DNA of 64,000 nucleotides from Eledone cirrhosa (lineage: Eukaryota): NCBI GenBank assembly GCA_964016885.1, contig OZ024760.1, positions 18,538,001 to 18,602,000 of the forward strand. The letters run 5' to 3'. The notes beneath the pieces were generated by a model. That model ran no database searches, was not told where the DNA came from, and worked only from the letters and a program-made list of their open reading frames with translations. A program made the translations under genes and the position numbers. Below, one piece after another: positions 12,733-25,647 of the stretch (position 1 is its first letter; each line of letters opens with the position of its first letter).

Positions 12733-12787
<55 letters not shown>

Positions 12788-12814
12788 ATATATTAACAAA
12801 TGGAAACTATATTT

Positions 12815-12878
12815 ATTTTATTATACATATTTCAAGGGCCACCAAGGCAAATTATGGTGCACTTTCATCAGATAAAAT
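12815..12878 (-). ncRNA. Minimal hammerhead ribozyme motif (family A')
   Basis: Near-exact reverse complement of 13021-13084; same sense as the BMP pre-mRNA. Confidence 0.72.
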
Positions 12879-13020
12879 ACAGATTAGTTTTATAAATAAA
12901 TATTGACATACCCTGAAAAAAGACAACCTTAACGGTTGGAACTTCCAGGAAGCTCCAACCGTTAAGGTTGTCTTTTTTCAGGGTATGTCAATATTTATTT
13001 ATAAAACTAATCTGTATTGT

Positions 13021-13084
13021 ATTTTATCTGATGAAAGCACACCATAATTTGCCTTGGTGGCCCTTGAAATATGTATAATAAAAT
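13021..13084 (+). ncRNA. Minimal hammerhead ribozyme motif (family A')
   Basis: attttat-CTGATGA-aagcacacca taatttgcct tggtggccctt-GAAA-tatgtaTA-ataaaat; perfect 7-bp stem I. Confidence 0.75.
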
Positions 13085-13223
13085 AAATATGGTTTTATAA
13101 ATAAAGTTTCCATTTGTTAATATATTGTATATTTACTCCACTATCTGTTGAGTGCTCTATATCAGTTCTAAACATTTTTTAAGCTTGTTGAATCCCAACA
13201 AATTAAATATAACCTCTGCATAG

Positions 13224-13285
<62 letters not shown>

Positions 13286-14402
13286 CAACAACATACTGCA
13301 AACCCCTAAAATTTGTTGAATTAAGATTGCCCTATAAACAGCAAGAGTGCAGGAGGTGGTGGAGGAGAATAGAGGGAAAAATAAGAGAAAGGTGGGGAGG
13401 TGAGTGGAGGGGAGTAGTAGGACATTGTTTGGTTGGTAAGTTAACTTTGATAGTGGGGGGGGGGGAATTGAAGGGGTCATCACAGAGACATTTATCTGGT
13501 TTACTGACCCCCCCTCCCCCACACACACACAGACATTCTTTCAAACACACACACACAGGAATCTGGTTTACTGACCCATATCTTCAAACATACTCACACA
13601 GGAATCTGGTTTACTGACACACAGGAAGCACCACATATACGCAGACACAGGAATCACCACACACACACACACAGGAATCACCATATACACACATACAGGA
13701 ATCACCACATACACACACACAGGAATCACCATATACACCCACATACACATTGGGCATTTTAAAACCTGGCGAAGCCCAATCCCTTTCCAGGTCTGAACAC
13801 AGCAGATTTCTTCCAGGGAAGGAAATAGAGATGGAGAGCAAGTGAGAAAGAGATATAGAGGAAGAATCGACCCCAGTACTAGACTGGTACTTTTTTTTTT
13901 TATCGACCTCGAAAGGACGAAAGGCAAAGTTGACCTCGGCAGGATTTGAAGAGAGAGCAGAAAGCCAGAACAAGCATCACAAATCATTCTATCTGACACT
14001 CTAACAACTCTGCTAATTTGTTGCCTAAAGATCAGTGCCAGATTTACCATTGTGCTTAGGTGTACTTAAGCAAAGGGTTCTGTTGGCCAGAGACGACCAT
14101 CTTCCTGCCCTCCAAAATGTTTTTGGTCCAAGTAAGGGGTCTCATAACTTAACTAGCACAGGGCCTCATTTGTCCTAAATCCAGCACTGTTTAGGATCTT
14201 CAAGTGAAATCAATAAATATCATCACCACCATCATCATCATCATCATCGTTTAACGTCCATTTTCCATGCTAGCATGGGTCTGGACGGGAATTGTCCCAC
14301 TTGGGGCAAGATTGGTTGTCTTGCTCAGGACTGTCTGGCGGGTTTTCTACGGTTGGATGCCCTTCCTAACACCAACATATATCTAAAAAAGAAAGGTCTT
14401 AC

Positions 14403-14554
14403 CTGTGCTTATGTCAGTGATCTTCAGGTAAAGACCCATATTTGAAGATGGCATAATGGTCCAAGAGTCTGCAGCATTGGTGACATTCATTAAGATCCAA
14501 CCTTCATAATCAGATGACACAGAATAATTAGTTTCAGGGACCAGCTTCTTGTCT
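14403..14554 (-). CDS. BMP5-8: BMP5-8 coding exon 3 (prodomain)
   Basis: DKKLVPETNYSVSSDYEGWILMNVTNAADSWTIMPSSNMGLYLKITDIST with the GW-x-x-x-NVT and N-x-GL prodomain motifs; phases 2/1 fit the neighbours. Confidence 0.93.
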
Positions 14555-14689
14555 CTACAACAAACAGATAAACAAACAAATACTATTTTAAAATATTTGT
14601 ATAGGTTGATGCTTCTATATAGCAGTATAGATATATAGATCTATGTATTGTATATTGAATAATATATGGGAGTTTTTTTTTTTTTCATT

Positions 14690-15010
14690 TTATATCCGCT
14701 TTTCCCTGCTTGCAAGGGTGGGACGGGAACTGATTCTGGCTTGATTTCTACAGCTGGATGCCCTTCCTAACACCAACCTCATTTACAGTGAGTGCTGGGT
14801 GCTTTTTTGCCGTGGCACCTCCACGACCACTTTGCAGTGGAATGATATGGACCCCAGGCCCTTTCATCTCATTTCTACAGCTGAGTAAACTGGAGCAATG
14901 TGAAATAAAGTGTCTTGCTCAAAGAAACAACACATCACCCGGTCTGAGAATTGAACTCATAACCTTTCGATTGCAAGTCCAATGCTCTAACCACTAAGCC
15001 ATGTGCCTCC
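14690..15010 (-). mobile_element. CORE-SINE with RTE-derived 3' tail
   Basis: tRNA-like head, CORE-like tgagcaagacactttatttc, tail aagggcatccagctgtagaaatcaagcc shared with the RTE at ~52 kb; near-identical copies at 31880-32225 and 43672-44012. Confidence 0.8.
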
Positions 15011-15288
15011 ATACATACATACTGTATATACACATGTACAGATGCAAAGCATATACACATGCACACATACAACTCAAAACATACACATCCACACATACAA
15101 TAACATCCATATCTACACATGCATGTAGACATACACACATATCTACCTAGTTGATGTTGTGTAAATTCCAATGAGAGAGTCTTGTGTCTATGTTAGAAAC
15201 CGACTCTCTCTCTACTGGCAAAACATACCCACACACATTCTCCCTCTCTTTGTTAAAATGACTCTGTAATGAGAAATATGAAGATTTT

Positions 15289-15361
<73 letters not shown>

Positions 15362-15624
15362 GAGAGAGAGAATAAAGAAGACACATGGAAAAAAATTTGA
15401 AAAAAAAAAAAAACACAACACACAAGAAAAGGAAAGCTAAGACAAGGGAGGAAAGACTTTGAAGAACTTCACAGTTGATATGTGAAGTTAGTTAATCAGT
15501 TTTGACAGATCAAAGAGAAGAGAGAGGTACCGCAAATGTTGGAGGTGGGAGAGAAGAGACCTCTCTCTCACCCAACTAAAATGTATGTACATGCATATAT
15601 ACATATATACACACACACACACAC

Positions 15625-15655
<31 letters not shown>

Positions 15656-15753
15656 GCAGGCTGAATGATTTGGGGTGTATAACCCAACAAAACTTAAGTA
15701 CCTGTATATGACACTGTTGTAACTAATTTTATATATATGCATGTATGTATGAA

Positions 15754-15828
<75 letters not shown>

Positions 15829-16310
15829 ATTTATATATGTATATATATATAGTTTACAAATCGTTTTTTAATACAAAAACAGATAAGTGAATGTGAAGAA
15901 GTTATTACAGCTCAAAATGAGATTTTTTTCAATGTTATATATATATATATATATCATCATCATCATCATTGTTTAACGTCTATCTTCCACGCTAGCATGT
16001 GTTAGACAACAGTTATCCCACTTGAGGCAAGGTTGATCGGGTGACCGTGTCTCGCTCGTATAGGACTATCTGGCAGGTTTTCTACGGCTGGATGCCCTTC
16101 CTAACACCAACCACATTTACAGTGTGAACTGGGAGCTTTTTACTGTGTTACCTACACGACCACATTACAGCGTGGACTGTGTTTTTTTATTTTTTTTACT
16201 TCCTTCTTTTTCTTTTTTCCCTTCTTTTTTTTTTATTATATATATATAGTTTACAAGAAGTCGTTTTTTAATAAGAAAACAGATAAGAGTAGGTGAAGAA
16301 GTTATCACAG

Positions 16311-16347
<37 letters not shown>

Positions 16348-16419
16348 CAGGGGGAAGGGGTAATCTAAAAAATGAATAAGCGAGAGTAAGTGTATATATG
16401 TTGTGACCCAAACATACTT

Positions 16420-16666
16420 TAAGATATAACTGGGTGTATAATTAATAAAATATGACTGGGTGTATAATTTCAAGACATGATTGTGTGTATAATTAAGACA
16501 TGACTGGGTGTATAATTTCAAGACATGGCTAGGTGTATAATTTCAAGACATGACTGGGTGTATAATTTCAAGACATGACTGGGTGTATAATTTCAAGACA
16601 TGACTGGGTATATAATTTCAAGATTTGACTGGGTGTATAATTCATAAGATATGACTGGGTGTATAA
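16420..16666. repeat. 25-bp tandem repeat (tttcaagacatgactgggtgtataa) next to a BMP donor site
   Basis: About 10 copies visible. Confidence 0.85.
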
Positions 16667-16691
16667 TTAATTTAATAGAGGGTATACATAC

Positions 16692-16875
16692 TGTTTATCC
16701 TCTCCCTGTTGGATGATAAACACTTCAATACGATATGTTGTGTGACGATTTCGTCTATCCTTGCTTTTATACAACCTCAGTTCAGCTCCTGTCACTGTCT
16801 CCTGCGGTGACACTTCTCCAAAGTCAAAGAAGAATGTCCTGTCTCTTTCATGGCGAAGGAGCTGCATTTTATGCA
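16692..16875 (-). CDS. BMP5-8: BMP5-8 coding exon 2 (prodomain)
   Basis: (V)HKMQLLRHERDRTFFFDFGEVSPQETVTGAELRLYK...; conserved AELRLYK; TTTCCAG acceptor, CA|GTATGT donor. Confidence 0.95.
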
Positions 16876-16940
16876 CTGGAAATAATTATATTAAGGATTT
16901 CTTTATTAACCACAAGGGGTTTACAAAAAAAATACATTAA

Positions 16941-17160
16941 CCCTTTAGCATTTACATTATTCTATACTTACTACAGAATTTTTGTGGTAAAGGCTTTATT
17001 TTACATAATTTTCTATGTAATAACAAATCTACGAGATTTGGATGTCATTTATTTTGAGAACAATACCTTAATGTAGGTATGAGCAGCCAGTTACGGCTGG
17101 TTTGAACAGAAAGAGGTGAGAGAATTGTGGCTGGATATGGCCAGTTTAAATGCTAAAGGG
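16941..17160. mobile_element. piggyBac-type MITE (220 bp)
   Basis: TTAA-CCCTTTAGCATTTA...TAAATGCTAAAGGG-TTAA; related copies at 29892-30179, 38578-39228, 43206-43412, 53515-53833 and 55088-56296. Confidence 0.85.
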
Positions 17161-17513
17161 TTAAGGACAGCACAGGACGGTACAAATACGGGTTTCTGGG
17201 GTAATAAAAAAAAAATAAAACAAAAATAAAAGATGTAACAAAAAAAAATTAAACAAAGGAAAAATCTCCAATAGTGGGGAGACCACTGAAGGTTTCTTGT
17301 GGAGAAAGTCCACAAAAGCCAGGGTCACCCTGACCACTAGAGCAAGTGCCCTCTTCTAGTTTTCCTCCAACAACACTACAGACTCAATGATAATAAAATA
17401 AGTACATTAAACAAATAAGGATTGCTTGGAATAGCTCAAATACTCTGGAGGGTACTTGAAAAATAAGGGGCGTTACCTCAGTTCACTGTTAGTGAACAGC
17501 TAACATTGTAATA

Positions 17514-17694
17514 CAGTCATGTCAAACTGAGGGTCCCCCGAGGGCCACTGAGGGTCCCCTGAGGACCACATATGTGTTGTCTGACGGCCACACATGAAAA
17601 CTAATTCTTTATATTTTATATTACGAAGACAAAACATGCTCGCGCTGTAAAATCCCACATGTGCTTCTAAAGGGTCACATGTTTGACATGTCTG
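17514..17694. mobile_element. hAT-type MITE with 8-bp target-site duplication; right end re-duplicated in tandem
   Basis: TIRs CAGTCATGTCAAAC / GTTTGACATGTCTG; flanks ttgtaata / ctgtaata; a 50-bp unit spanning the right TIR occurs three times, to ~17817. Confidence 0.75.
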
Positions 17695-20029
17695 CTGTAA
17701 TACATCTCTAGTGTTAGTAAAGGGCCACATGTTTGACATGTCTGCTGTAATACATCTCTAGTGTTAGTAAAGGGTCACATGTTTGACATGTCTGCTGTAA
17801 TACATCTCTAGCGTTAGAAGTTGAGTAAATAATAATAATTGTTTCTACTTTTGGCACAAGGCCAGCAATTACCCAGTACATTACTGGTACTTTATTTTAT
17901 CGACCCCGTAAGGATGAAAGGCAAAGTCAACCTTGACGGGATTTGAACTCAGACCGTAAAGGGACGTAACTCTATGCTTCAAAGCATGGCGTCCGACCCT
18001 CTCCCGATACTGCCAATACACTGCCATATAATAGTAATAATAATAATTGTTTCTACTATAGGCACAAGGCCAGCAATTACCCCAGTACATTACTGGTACT
18101 TTATTTTATCGACCACGTAAGGATGAAAGGCAAAGTCAACCTCGGCGGGATTTGAACTCAGATCATAAAGGGACGTAACTCTATGCTTCAAAGCTATGGT
18201 GTCCGACTCTCTACCGATACTGCTAATCCACCGTGCAATCCATAATAATAATGATTTCTAGTATAGGAACGAGGCCAGTAATCGGGGAGGGGGGGGGGGG
18301 GTGATCGATTTAATCGACCCCAGAAAAAACTGCCTGCCTTTCCTGGCCAACAGAAGGCAGCAGGCCGATCTTCACAATGGACTCAACCAATAACCAGATC
18401 CACAATAAATTCTAACACAGAAACATACAAGGAAGATTTAGGGAATGGAAGTTAAGTAAAGAAACAGAGAAAGGGGTGAGGCATGGGTGGTGAGGAGAGG
18501 AGGGGGAGTGGGGGGGGGACTAGATATCTGACATCACCAGAGGTGAATTTGGTTGGTGCAGTTTCTTTATCAGAAGTAAGAAAATATTACAAAAAAATGT
18601 GAAGTTGATTAAAATTGGTTAACAAGGAAAGATAAGATATTTCAGGTTGGGTTGATGAGGGATGTGTGTGGATGTGGGTGTGTGTGTGTGGATGTGGGAT
18701 GTGTGTGGATGTGGGTGTATGTGTGCAAGTGTGTGTGCTTGTGTGTGTGTGTGTACATGTGTGTGTTTTGGTAAAGTGAATATGAACCAAAATGTTATTT
18801 TAATTCAATAAGGTATCTTGCTATTTACTGCTGTAATACATTTGTTGGCCTCATATCAACTACTACAAATACTAATACTACCATCTACTACTATACTACT
18901 ATCACCGATACTACTACTACTAATACTACTAACACTACTATCACCAATACTACTACTACTATACTACTATCACCGATACTACTACTACTAACACTACTAT
19001 CACCAATACTACTACTACTACTAACACTACTATCACCAATACTACTACTACTAATACTACTATCACCAATACTGCTACTACTACTACTAACACTACTACC
19101 ACCAATACTACTACTACTAACACTACTACCACCAATACTACTACTACTACTACCAATACTACTACTACTATTAATACTACCACCATACTGCTATTACTAA
19201 TACAATTACCTCAGTTAGCTATACATCACTACCACCACCACCACCACTAGCTCCACCACTACCACCACCACTCCCTCCACTCATACCACTCCCACCACTA
19301 TCACTACCACCACCACTACCTCCACTACCCCCCCCCCCCCAACACCACCACCACCATGGAAATTATACCCATCAGATACTTCTATTATTATTAGGAACTT
19401 GGTATGTGTGTGTGTATGTACATGTGGTGTGTGTGTACATGTGGTGTGTATGCAGTGTGTACATGTGGTGTGTATGCAGTGTGTACATATGGTGTGTGTG
19501 TGTGTGTGTACATGTGCAAGAGGTATGTATATGTGTGTATATACACACCTCTTGCAGACACAGAAAGCTTGCCAAACAAAGGGTTGAGAGGAACCTCCAG
19601 TTGTGCAGGTAAATATAACTGTTTCCACTTTTGGCACAAGGTCAGCAATTACCCAGTACATTACTGCTACTTTATTTTATCGACCCCGTAAGGATGAAAG
19701 GCAAAGTTAACCTCGGCGGGATTTGAACTCAGACCGTAAAGGGACGTAACTATGCTGGAAAGCATGGCGTCCGACCCTCTACTGATACTGCCAATCCACC
19801 GCCCTAAATATATATATGTAAATATAACATGTATATATATCATCATCACCGTTTTACATCCGTCCTTCCATGCTAGCATAGGTTAGACGGGTTGTCCTGT
19901 TGTGGGCAGTGTCCAGTCAGCTGACCTTGTCTTGCTCATACAGGAACTGATTCTGGCTTGATTTCTACAGCTGGATGCCCTTCCTAACACCAACCTCATT
20001 TACAGTGAGTGCTGTAAATGAGGTTGGTG

Positions 20030-20152
20030 TATATATTAAAATAACAGATTAAAGTTTAAGCAAAGAATCGCTGCTTTCACCCTTAACGAAGATCCCGTTA
20101 AGAGTGAAAGCAACGATTCTTTGCTTAAACTTTAATCTGTTATTTTAATAAA
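20030..20152. repeat. Fold-back hairpin of a TA-associated repeat family
   Basis: attaaaataacagattaaagtttaagcaaagaatcg / cgattctttgcttaaactttaatctgttattttaat; family also at ~7635, ~56960-57150 and ~63890. Confidence 0.8.
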
Positions 20153-20491
20153 TATTTGCTCTATGGTTCTTATATATTTGAAATATATTTATCCTTATCG
20201 AGCCCTTTTGGGATTTTGGTCTTCACATTTATTATTATTACTATATATATAACGGTAGATTGGCAGTATCGGTAGAGGGTCGGACGCCATGCTTTCCAGC
20301 AGAGTTACGTCCCTTTACGATCTAAGTTCAAATCCCGCCGAGGTTGACTTTGCCTTTCATCCTTACGAGGTCGATAAAATAAAGTACCAGTAATGTACTG
20401 TGTAATTGCTGGCCTTGTGCCAAAAGTAGAAACAATTATTATTACTATATATATATGTATGCATATATATGTGTGTGTATATATATATGTG

Positions 20492-20535
<44 letters not shown>

Positions 20536-21938
20536 TGGCTTATAATGGGTAGACTGGTGGCTAGTGAGTGAACAGTAAAGTATAGCTTAGAAGAAGACTC
20601 TTCTCTCCTCTCTACATTCTTGTCAAGTGTCATGCCAGCTTTTGAAATATCTCTGAAGGACCACACCTGTGACAATATGAGGAAGTAAGCAGTCAAGCAT
20701 GACTGCACCTGTCATGCTTAATTGTTGCTGTGGTTGTTTGTATTTGGCAGACTTGGTACAGCATCACGTATTTAGTTACTTCAGTCTCACTGTGGTGGAC
20801 TTGGCTGTTTATGTTCCCAGGGTCTATGAAATGATCAACTGATGAATGCTGGAGATACAATGCACTAGCTAACCTCATGATTGTAAGTGAAATACCCTAA
20901 TCACTAAGCTACATGCCTTCCACACACCCCAAGGGGGACTATGTTGAAAAATAAACCTCATTTGGTCACATTCCATGAAAGTATCTTGGTCAGACTATGA
21001 CCTAGATACTGTTTTTTTGTTTGCTTATTGCCATTTATATATTTATATTAAGTGGACAGGTTGCATTCAGAGAAGGTAATGACACTAACATGCCCTCAAT
21101 GACCTGACCTGGCTTGTCAACTTGACCTCCTTACTATCAATTAAAAGACAAATGTAAACGATGACAGGTCACTGCCCTGGTCAATCCCACCCCACCCCAC
21201 CACCACTTCCTTCACTTATTAATAGCCAGGGAGGTGGTGGAGGAGGAGGAGGAAAATAAAGTCCAGATTCACGGTATTATCTCCCACCCATCCACTCACT
21301 CAGCCCTTCCTCAGTCATCTACCATAATGAATATTCCCATAAAATTCTCAGGGAGAATCAGTATAGCACTGTGTGTGTAACAAAACTGGCCCTTTGAATT
21401 TTAGGTACAGTCCATCCAACAAGATTCCAAAGAGTTTCCAGCTTCCCAAGTTTCACTCCCATGATATTGATCACCCGAAGTCTATGGTGAATGATATTTG
21501 CTCAACATTGTGAAGGTGCATGGCTTAGTGGTTAGAGCATTGGGCTTGCAATCGAAAGGTTGTGAGTTCAATTCTCGGACCGGGTGATGTGTTGTTTCCT
21601 TGAGCAAGACACTTTATTTCATGTTCCTCCAGTTTACTCAGCTGTAGAAATGAGATGATAAGGACTGGGGTCCCTATCATTAAATCACTCAAGACACCTC
21701 CAACAAGATGTACCTTGAAGGAGGCCAGCTAAACCTGCATAGGTGTGAGCTGTCACACACACACAACATATGGCAAATATTAATTAAGCGGGTGAGAGGG
21801 ACAATTATTAGAGACCCTAGCCAGAGTAAATCCTGTCTGTCAGACCATGAGGTCGTCTGGTCCATACTAAACTACATTTATTGGATGTATCAACAGAAAC
21901 AAAGACTTAAATATTTTGCGGGTCCTATCAGAAGCAAC

Positions 21939-22531
21939 GATCAACTGATCTGACTTGATCACCAAGTGAGATCAACTGATCTGACTTGATCACCAAGTGA
22001 GATCAACTGATCTGACTTGATCACCAAGTGAGATCAACTGATCTGACTTGATCACCAAGTGAGATCAACTGATCTGACTTGATCACCAAGTGAGATCAAC
22101 TGATCTGACTTGATCACCAAGTGAGATCAACTGATCTGACATGATCACCAAGTGAGATCAACTGATCTGACTTGATCACCAAGTGAGATCAACTGATCTG
22201 ACTTGATCACCAAGTGAGATCAACTGATCTGACTTGATCACCAAGTGAGATCAACTGATCTGACTTGATCACCAAGTGAGATCAACTGATCTGACTTGAT
22301 CACCAAGTGAGATCAACTGATCTGACTTGATCACCAAGTGAGATCAACTGATCTGACTTGATCACCAAGTGAGATCAACTGATCTGACATGATCACCAAG
22401 TGAGATCAACTGATCTGACTTGATCACCAAGTGAGATCAACTGATCTGACTTGATCACCAAGTGAGATCAACTGATCTGACTTGATCACCAAGTGAGATC
22501 AACTGATCTGACTTGATCACCAAGTGAGATC
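21939..22531. repeat. Highly homogeneous 31-bp minisatellite (~19 copies)
   Basis: gatcaactgatctgacttgatcaccaagtga; three GATC per unit; only two variant units, 8 units apart. Confidence 0.95.
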
Positions 22532-23070
22532 AGCCGAGGTCTCAGATGTTATCCAACCATCTCCTGCCAGTTGGTTTTGACCGTAAAATCTGTACAGTGA
22601 TTCTTTCCTGGGACATGCAGTCAGGGCCAGATTTAATAGGGGTGGGTAGAGCAATTTATTTGTGCCCTCAGCTGGGCTTTTTAGTTTTAAGATGGTTAGG
22701 ATTTTTTAATCTAATAATACCTGTATGTATAACTTTTCAATTCCAATTACTTACACCAAGCTAATTATTATATGTAAAATTGGGATGGTAAGTGGTGGTG
22801 GTGGAGATGGTAGTGGTGGTGGTGGTGATGATGGTGGTGGTGGTGATAATGGTGGTTGTGATGATGGTGGTGACAGTCATGGTGGTGATGATGATAGTGG
22901 TGGTGATGATGATGGTAGTGGTGGTGGTAGTGATGATGATGATAGTGGTGGTGGTGGTGGTGATGATGATGGCGGTGGTGGTGGTGGTGGTGATGATGGT
23001 GATAGTGGTGGTGATGATGATGATGAGAAGAAGGAGGAGGATGAAGGGCAACAGAAAATAAAATACTCAC

Positions 23071-23485
23071 CGTGATTGACAAAACTCATGATAACATCGG
23101 AACTGTTGAGTTTAGGCATTTCATTTTCCAAAGTCCTGCTGAAGAAGTGAGGATGTTCATCATCATCATCATCATCAACAGAGCCACTGGCCCCCGAGCC
23201 GTGCAACTTGTTGTAGAGATCGATCATAAAGCGTGGAGCAGACGTCTCCTTACCGGGAGCCCGTGGTTTCGGTTTATGATGTAACCCCATCAAAGTTAAT
23301 ATCTCTTGCTGGAATTCTTTCTTCACACGGTTCGGAATTCGACTGACCATCACAGACTGCTCCAGGCCATTGTCTGTGTAGAAACCAGTATTCTCCATAC
23401 GGCCGCTCCACACATAAGGTGGACGACACAGCAAACAGGTCAACAGTACCAGACACAAAGAATGGCTGGTACAGATACCTGCCAT
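23071..23485 (-). CDS. BMP5-8: BMP5-8 first coding exon (signal peptide and N-prodomain)
   Basis: MAGICTSHSLCLVLLTCLLC...EFQQEILTLMGLHHKPKP...SAPRFMIDLYN...SDVIMSFVNH; donor G|GTGAGT. The exon probably starts at the acceptor at 23533, with an upstream non-coding exon ending at 23942 (CAG|GTAAGA). Confidence 0.95.
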
Positions 23486-24386
23486 CTTTTTTGTAGAGTA
23501 TATCTTCTTCACAGGTAGATAGCAACCATACACCTACATTAATTAACAAAACAAACATGCAGACATTATATATACAGGATAAAATAAAGTACCAGTAATA
23601 TACTGGGTAATTGCTGGCCTTGTGCCAAACGTAGAAACAATTATATATACAGGATGAATTGGCAGAATCGGTAGAGGGTTGGACACCATGCTTTGCAGCA
23701 TAGAGTTACCCCCTTTATGTTCTGAGTTCAAATCCCACCGAGGTTAACTTTGCCTTTCATCTTTACGGGGTCGATAAAATAAAGTACCAGTAATGCACTG
23801 GGTAATTGCTTGCCTTGTGCCAAAAGTAGAAACAATTATTTAAATTATGTAAACATTTTTGGGGGTGTTTACATACAACTGAATTGTGTCTGTAGATAAG
23901 TTTATTTTTGGGGAAAAGCTGTGCATTCTAATAAATCTTACCTGTACAGGTTATCAAAGTGTTATTTTATAAAATGTTATACCTTTTAACGATAATTAAT
24001 ATTTATATTTGATTTATTTTTCTTGGTTTTATATTTCCGTTTTCTGAAGTTGTTAAACTGTATTTTAAAGGTTGAGTAAGGTCATGCTCTGTTTAGTCTA
24101 GTTCTGGTCTACATCACACCAGGTGTGCAGGTGTGTAGGTGTGTGTAGAGGTGTGTGTGTGTGTGTGTGTGTGTAAACAATGAGTTATTTAATTTGTTGA
24201 TTATTCAACAAAGTTAATTTATAACAGATTAGAAGCACTCAATAGAACTTCTTCTGCAGTATAATATCAATAAATGGAAACTATCTTTATAAAACCATAT
24301 TTATTTTATTATATATATATTTCAAGGGTACCAGTATATATAGTGTATTTTGGAATTCTATAAGAATCCAACACACATAATGTTTG

Positions 24387-24467
24387 GCAGACAGGGAGAG
24401 TAGTGAGTTTTGATAAGTACCAAAAAGTACGAAACAGAGCTGTCAACTTATCTCCCCCGCTGTCTGC
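24387..24467 (+). ncRNA. Degenerate hammerhead motif with long stem I (family C-related)
   Basis: gcagacagggagagtagtgagtt-TTGATAA-gtac caaaaa gtac-GAAA-cag ag ctGTC-aacttatctcccccgctgtctgc; two core substitutions relative to CTGATGA. Confidence 0.55.
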
Positions 24468-24623
24468 TGAAAATTTAAGTAAGCGACAATGTTGCTTCTT
24501 TAAAACAATAGCGTATGGTCTTCAAAATGCTTTAAATTAAGCATACAGTGTATTGCAAAATACACTATATATACATTCATATATATATATATATATATAT
24601 ATATCGTTATTTCAGACCACCAA

Positions 24624-24675
<52 letters not shown>

Positions 24676-24700
24676 TGTAATAAACAACATAATGCAATTA

Positions 24701-24760
24701 TTCCATTTACCAGTGGTTTCTTAAAAGCAAAAAAATTTGCTTTCAATCCTCAGAATGAAA
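24701..24760 (-). ncRNA. Minimal hammerhead ribozyme motif (family D)
   Basis: Minus strand: tttcatt-CTGAGGA-ttgaaagcaaa-loop-tttgcttttaa-GAAA-ccactgGTA-aatggaa; inside a ~110-bp unit bounded by (TA)n on both sides. Confidence 0.78.
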
Positions 24761-24777
24761 AAATCCTGGTCTACTTC

Positions 24778-24826
<49 letters not shown>

Positions 24827-25298
24827 TGTAATAAACAACATAAGATAATTATTTCATTTACCACTGGTTTCCTGAACCTTTCCGACGGAATCACTTCGTG
24901 TGTGTGTGTGTGTGTGTAAAAAAGCTCCTTCAGATGATATCTTTCCGTGTTAAATAAAAGCAATGGACACATTTGATAATATAGTCTTAGAGACCTTTAC
25001 AAAAGCACTAATGGAATTCCTTTAATCATGACGGCTAAACAACTTCAACAATAACATTTCCTGCTTCTCTTTCTCTCTTAATTTTTTTAAAATACGGTAG
25101 ATATATTAATATAACATTCGATGATCCAATTCTAATGATTTATTCCAGTGAAGTCCCACATGATAAAAATAGTTGAAGTTATTTAGCCTGTATGATTAAA
25201 GAATTTCCGAGTACTTTATTCGCTGTGGTCAGCTCCGATTTAACTTGGGATCTACTTATAAATATATATACATTTAAATATACATACATACATATATA

Positions 25299-25595
25299 CA
25301 GTTGACCCCGGTATTCACAGGGGTTAATAGCACCCGCGAATATTGGACGTGGTCTATAAAAATGTCTATAAACAACAAAACAACGTAAAATATAGGCCGG
25401 CAAATACGGTTTATTGTTATTGATAATTTAGCGTTAATAAGCTTGAAAAAATATATATTGCCGCGATAAAAAGGCATAAGAAAATATCGCGGAAGATATT
25501 TACGATTCTGCGGTGGTTTCCACAAATAACTATTAGTTAGGTGACTAAGGAAAATTCCGTGAATAACCGAGGGCGCGAATACCGCAAGTAAACTG
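25299..25595. mobile_element. pogo/Tigger-type MITE
   Basis: TA-CAGTTGACCCCGGTATTCAC ... GCGAATACCGCAAGTAAACTG-TA imperfect TIRs. Confidence 0.65.
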
Positions 25596-25609
25596 TATAT
25601 ATACACACA

Positions 25610-25647
<38 letters not shown>

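Larger units (their letters stand above)
12785..13130. repeat. ~345-bp near-perfect palindrome carrying two hammerhead motifs (family A')
   Basis: Symmetry centre near 12948 (ttggaacttcc-a-ggaagctccaa); begins directly after a (TA)n tract. Confidence 0.9.

Noticed and set aside
20086-20120. cgaagatcccgttaagagtgaaagc as a hammerhead
   Set aside because: Core is incomplete at the inversion junction and no NUH triplet is present; not counted
21939-22531. 31-bp repeat array resembling CRISPR repeat length
   Set aside because: Units are contiguous with no unique spacers, no cas genes are present, and the context is a eukaryotic intron
22768-23070. Ser/Pro or His-rich extension of the BMP exon ORF
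   Set aside because: Lies beyond the G|GTGAGT donor at the conserved SFVN intron position; intronic repeat
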